Shown here one piece after another: positions 60,620-64,000 of a stretch of 64,000 bases of DNA (the stretch's first letter is position 1; each line of letters begins with the position of its first letter). Position numbers and translations under genes: made by a program. The notes under the pieces were generated by a model. It did not search any database, had not been told where the DNA came from, and saw only the letters and a list, made by a program, of their open reading frames with translations. The stretch spans positions 44,702,001-44,766,000 of the forward strand of contig CAIIXF020000001.1 in NCBI GenBank assembly GCA_903813345.2, given 5' to 3'. The DNA comes from Owenia fusiformis. Its lineage: Eukaryota.

Positions 60620-60825
60620 CCCTTTGCATTCGTACTTCACTTCTTATTAAGAGAGCTTCGTCTTCTTTCAGTTTACAATAAATCTATGATCTTACCGAGC
60701 CAATCAGAGTCCGTCGTCGAAATACGGACGACTTTCTAAATGGTCATTTCCTGTGACATCCCCGCATAGTTAATGAGCATGCATTTAGCACGTGTTCCTT
60801 CAACTCAGCTGATTGGTTGAGAAAG
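60620..60825. repeat. Dispersed repeat of about 200 bp (copy 2)
   Basis: Same-orientation copy of 9705-9905; abuts the LINE tail. Confidence 0.75.
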
Positions 60826-61343
60826 GTTTTTTAGTTTTTATGGTTTCTTTATTTTACTTTACAAAATTATCTACAAATGACAGGGCCGAGGCTGAAATCA
60901 GCATTATTGGCCCTGTTAATACAAAGTTTATTCAAATTTACAAAATAGCAACAAAATGACTACCAACATATATGTATGCATGGCAGGAATGTGTTAAAAC
61001 TATATAATTATAATTTAATTATATCAATGCATTCACACAAAAAGGATGTAAAATGCTTCAATATTGAAGAATTGCATGTTATGCTAACTCCATCTCTGCC
61101 ATACATTAAGATATTCAGCTTTTGCTCTATAGAGCATCCTGTAAAGAAAATGTTCATTTCTGGCATGTTCCTGAGTTCCCCCCAAAGTTTCTCTCTTATA
61201 ACATTCAACAGAGGGCATTTGAAGATTAGATGCTTTGTAGTTTGTTGTTTAAAACCACAGATGCATTTGGGAAAATGGGGTTGAGAAAGGTTAAGTGTGA
61301 TCGATTTGAAATGATTTATTACCAGTGCAGTCACAGACACCAA
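60826..61343 (-). mobile_element. 5'-truncated non-LTR retrotransposon: ORF2 C-terminal CCHC knuckle, 3' UTR and A-rich tail
   Basis: CICGFKQQTTKHLIFKCP...R..L..LMYG is typical of LINE ORF2 ends; 3' UTR stem AGGGCC...GGCCCT, AATAAA and an A-rich tail ending near 60826. Confidence 0.7.
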
Positions 61344-62196
61344 TCTTCGGGGCGGAGCTGCTAAACTGTAATATTGTCCATACTAGGTGAGGGTAGTTTA
61401 TCACAAGACTGCGATTGTACATTAGATTATAATGAAAATTGATTGTGAGTTTAACCAAATTTTTCGTACGTTACGGACTTTGAAGTTTATCCTGTGAAAA
61501 GTTCCTGAAAAATTATTGAGAATTGAAAAAGAGAAAGAGGGGGATGACTTGTTCTGTCCCGGCTACTACCTAATTTGTTGATAGCTTATTTTTAGGTCTC
61601 TCAGAATAAGGAATTACATTATTATATTTTATTTTGCTTTAAATAACTTAAAATCATATTCCAACATTTGTTTGATTTGATAATGACATGACTCAAATCC
61701 CCATATTCATTGTTTGCGAGTGATAATCTATTACACATCTTTCATTTTTCTGACACTAGCTCAGATAGTACAATTCAATACAAAATAGCGAGATTAAAAC
61801 TTGCGCAACATCTCTTAATTCGTGTTAGGTGTAACATAATATTATCCATCTGAACATGTAAAGTAGATTTGTTCAAAAGATTTCTTGAAAACAAACTTTT
61901 AAAGTTTCGAAACAAAATATAACAAAAATAGTCTCTTGTTTCATAAAATGTATTGTCTTTAATTACATTTTTTGACGTTATATCTTTTATAAGTTTAGAG
62001 ACCAGTAGAGTGATATCAATAATGACAGTTACGATTACTAGTTCTGATACACGGGAGTATATTTTGAGAAAATGCGGGCATAATTGGTGATGTTAATTAA
62101 CAAAATGGAACACCCTGTAGAACTGGAATATATAATACTGTCTATCCACAAAACATACCATAAAAAGCTGACTTTTAATAGGCGATCATCGTTAAA

Positions 62197-63627
62197 ATGG
62201 AATGTACAATAAAAGTACAGAAATACATTTCGGCGTTATTAGGAATTATTGGCATGTTATTCTGTGGAATTGTGTATGGTTGGAACATTTTTGCAGTTGC
62301 GCTTAAGAAAAAATTCAACGGTACACAAACAGATATTGAGAACATCGCAACAAGTGGTGCATTAGGGATATGCATTGGGAGTTTTCCGGCAGGAATTGCA
62401 TTTGATAGATTTGGACCAAGAGTGGCGTCTATATCAGCTCTTGTACTAACTGGGTCTGGATATACTCTGATGTGGATGACAACACAATACAGAGGGTTTT
62501 TTGCTTCAAATATTTGGCTGATGTGCATTATATACTTTGTCACAATGCTTGGAAACAGTTTCACTTTTATTGCCAGTCTTAGTACTAACTCTATCAATTT
62601 TAAGGGAAAGCACCGTGGCAGTATTGTTGGTATACTCAGTGCTGTGTTTGGCTTTAGCCCTGCGATTTTTAGCCTTATCTACGACAGTTATTTTATACAA
62701 GGACACATTTTTGACGAGCAGAACCAAAGAGTTGCAGAGTTTATGATATTCCTTGCTATTTGCTCTGTTTCTGTTAATCTGCTGGGCGTTGTGGGTTTAA
62801 GAATAGTGCCGGAAGAAACCATGCCGATTTCAGAAGACACAGAATTAAGGCCCATGGATATTACAAATGCAAAGGACAAAGAAAATACTACGACTGATAA
62901 TCTAGTAAACAAGAAAACAGAGAAAATAGGAGGTCCGAGTGATAAGACTCCGCTGATTCAAAATGACTTTTCCAATAAACCAGAACTTAACGTTTGTCAA
63001 GTTGTTAAAACATTAAGATTTCATATTTTGTTTTGGATAGTAATCATAATAGGTGGTGTTGGTGCATCGTTCAAAAACAATATCACAACTGTCGTGAAAT
63101 CTGCCCACCTTGAGGCAAAGACAACATCGTTTACAGTTATCATCCCAACATGCTGCTCAGTTGCACGATTTCTAAGTGGAATATTTCCTGTTTGGATTAT
63201 AGATAAATGGAAGAAACTGCCGAAATCCTCAATTCTGCTTTTCTCATCGTTTTTCACATTAGTTTGCCAAACCTTATTTATTTTTTACAATCAGGACTTT
63301 TTAAGCTTGTTTACTAATTCCATGGTTATGAGTGCAGCTTATGGAGCCTTTTTTGTATTAATGCCTATAGTTGTCATTGAGTTATTTGGTAGCAAATACT
63401 TTGCACAAAACTTTGGTTTACTGAATATAGCAAATGGGATTGGGATATTCAGTTTTCAAAAACTGTTTGGTGAACTGTATGAATCAAACAGTCCACCGGG
63501 GTCCATAGATTGTTATGGCGAGCTTTGTACTAGATGGTCATTTGCTATATCTGCCATCATGGCACTGTTTGCTACTTGTCTCAATGTGCTTCTGATGTAT
63601 GCCGAGGTCCGGTTAGTAGGCAAGTAA
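62197..63627 (+). CDS. Major facilitator superfamily transporter (nodulin-like / Mch1 / monocarboxylate-transporter-related), 476 aa, single coding exon
   Basis: About 12 hydrophobic segments in a 6+6 layout around a hydrophilic loop; MFS motif A GIAFDRFGPR; NF...HRGSIVG and ELFG...FAQNFG motifs. Confidence 0.9.
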   Translation: MECTIKVQKYISALLGIIGMLFCGIVYGWNIFAVALKKKFNGTQTDIENIATSGALGICIGSFPAGIAFDRFGPRVASISALVLTGSGYTLMWMTTQYRGFFASNIWLMCIIYFVTMLGNSFTFIASLSTNSINFKGKHRGSIVGILSAVFGFSPAIFSLIYDSYFIQGHIFDEQNQRVAEFMIFLAICSVSVNLLGVVGLRIVPEETMPISEDTELRPMDITNAKDKENTTTDNLVNKKTEKIGGPSDKTPLIQNDFSNKPELNVCQVVKTLRFHILFWIVIIIGGVGASFKNNITTVVKSAHLEAKTTSFTVIIPTCCSVARFLSGIFPVWIIDKWKKLPKSSILLFSSFFTLVCQTLFIFYNQDFLSLFTNSMVMSAAYGAFFVLMPIVVIELFGSKYFAQNFGLLNIANGIGIFSFQKLFGELYESNSPPGSIDCYGELCTRWSFAISAIMALFATCLNVLLMYAEVRLVGK

Positions 63628-64000
63628 TACATACAGTATGCCATAATGTGCAAATTGATCAAGAGTGAGTATAAGCGCCCCGGCTTGAAAGTCTTACTTT
63701 TTGTTAAAAGTACATTATAGTTCACACTAACACATCTATAAACATATCTATAAAAAATATTTTAGTCCTATATGTTTCTAAAATGCCTTCATATAAGACA
63801 TTCACATGTAAGAAATGCAACTCATCGTGTAATTGTATAATATTTCATTTTCTGCATTGTAATCAATTTTTATCTGAGAGAGACGCATTTCTTGAACGAC
63901 TCATTGATATCTTACCAGTTAAAGATAGTGTAATGCTTTTCAATTTTGATGATGATATTTTCTTACAGACTGTTCTGGGTAGCAGAATAGATTTTGATGT

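Overview
AT-rich, intron-rich animal genomic DNA. The repeat types suggest a lophotrochozoan-like invertebrate (inference). The main feature is a complete class IA PI3K catalytic subunit gene, a PIK3CA/p110alpha orthologue, on the + strand: 21 coding exons, 20999-54232, about 1054 aa, rebuilt by hand with consistent GT-AG phases. Two antisense genes appear nested in its introns. Intron 8 holds an atypical 4-exon LRR-containing class A GPCR (about 1160 aa) with only about 2-3 LRRs, four conserved activation residues substituted, and a roughly 600-aa tail carrying four repeated phospho-motifs, a DSGxxT degron-like motif and a PDZ-binding end. Intron 18 holds a less certain small MS4A/CD20-like membrane-protein gene. 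An MFS transporter with a single coding exon lies at 62197-63627. The rest is rich in non-autonomous mobile elements. These include a 1.3-kb element with RSS-like CACGGTG ends and a 5-bp TSD (Transib/RAG-like) that carries a spliced 45-aa ORF, poly-G MITEs with 5-bp TSDs, Harbinger-, piggyBac-, Kolobok- and pogo-like MITEs, HINE-like elements, a tRNA-derived SINE, a LINE 3' end, and a dense cluster of palindromic modules with GNA mini-hairpin centres. All homology calls come from motif recognition; no database search was run.
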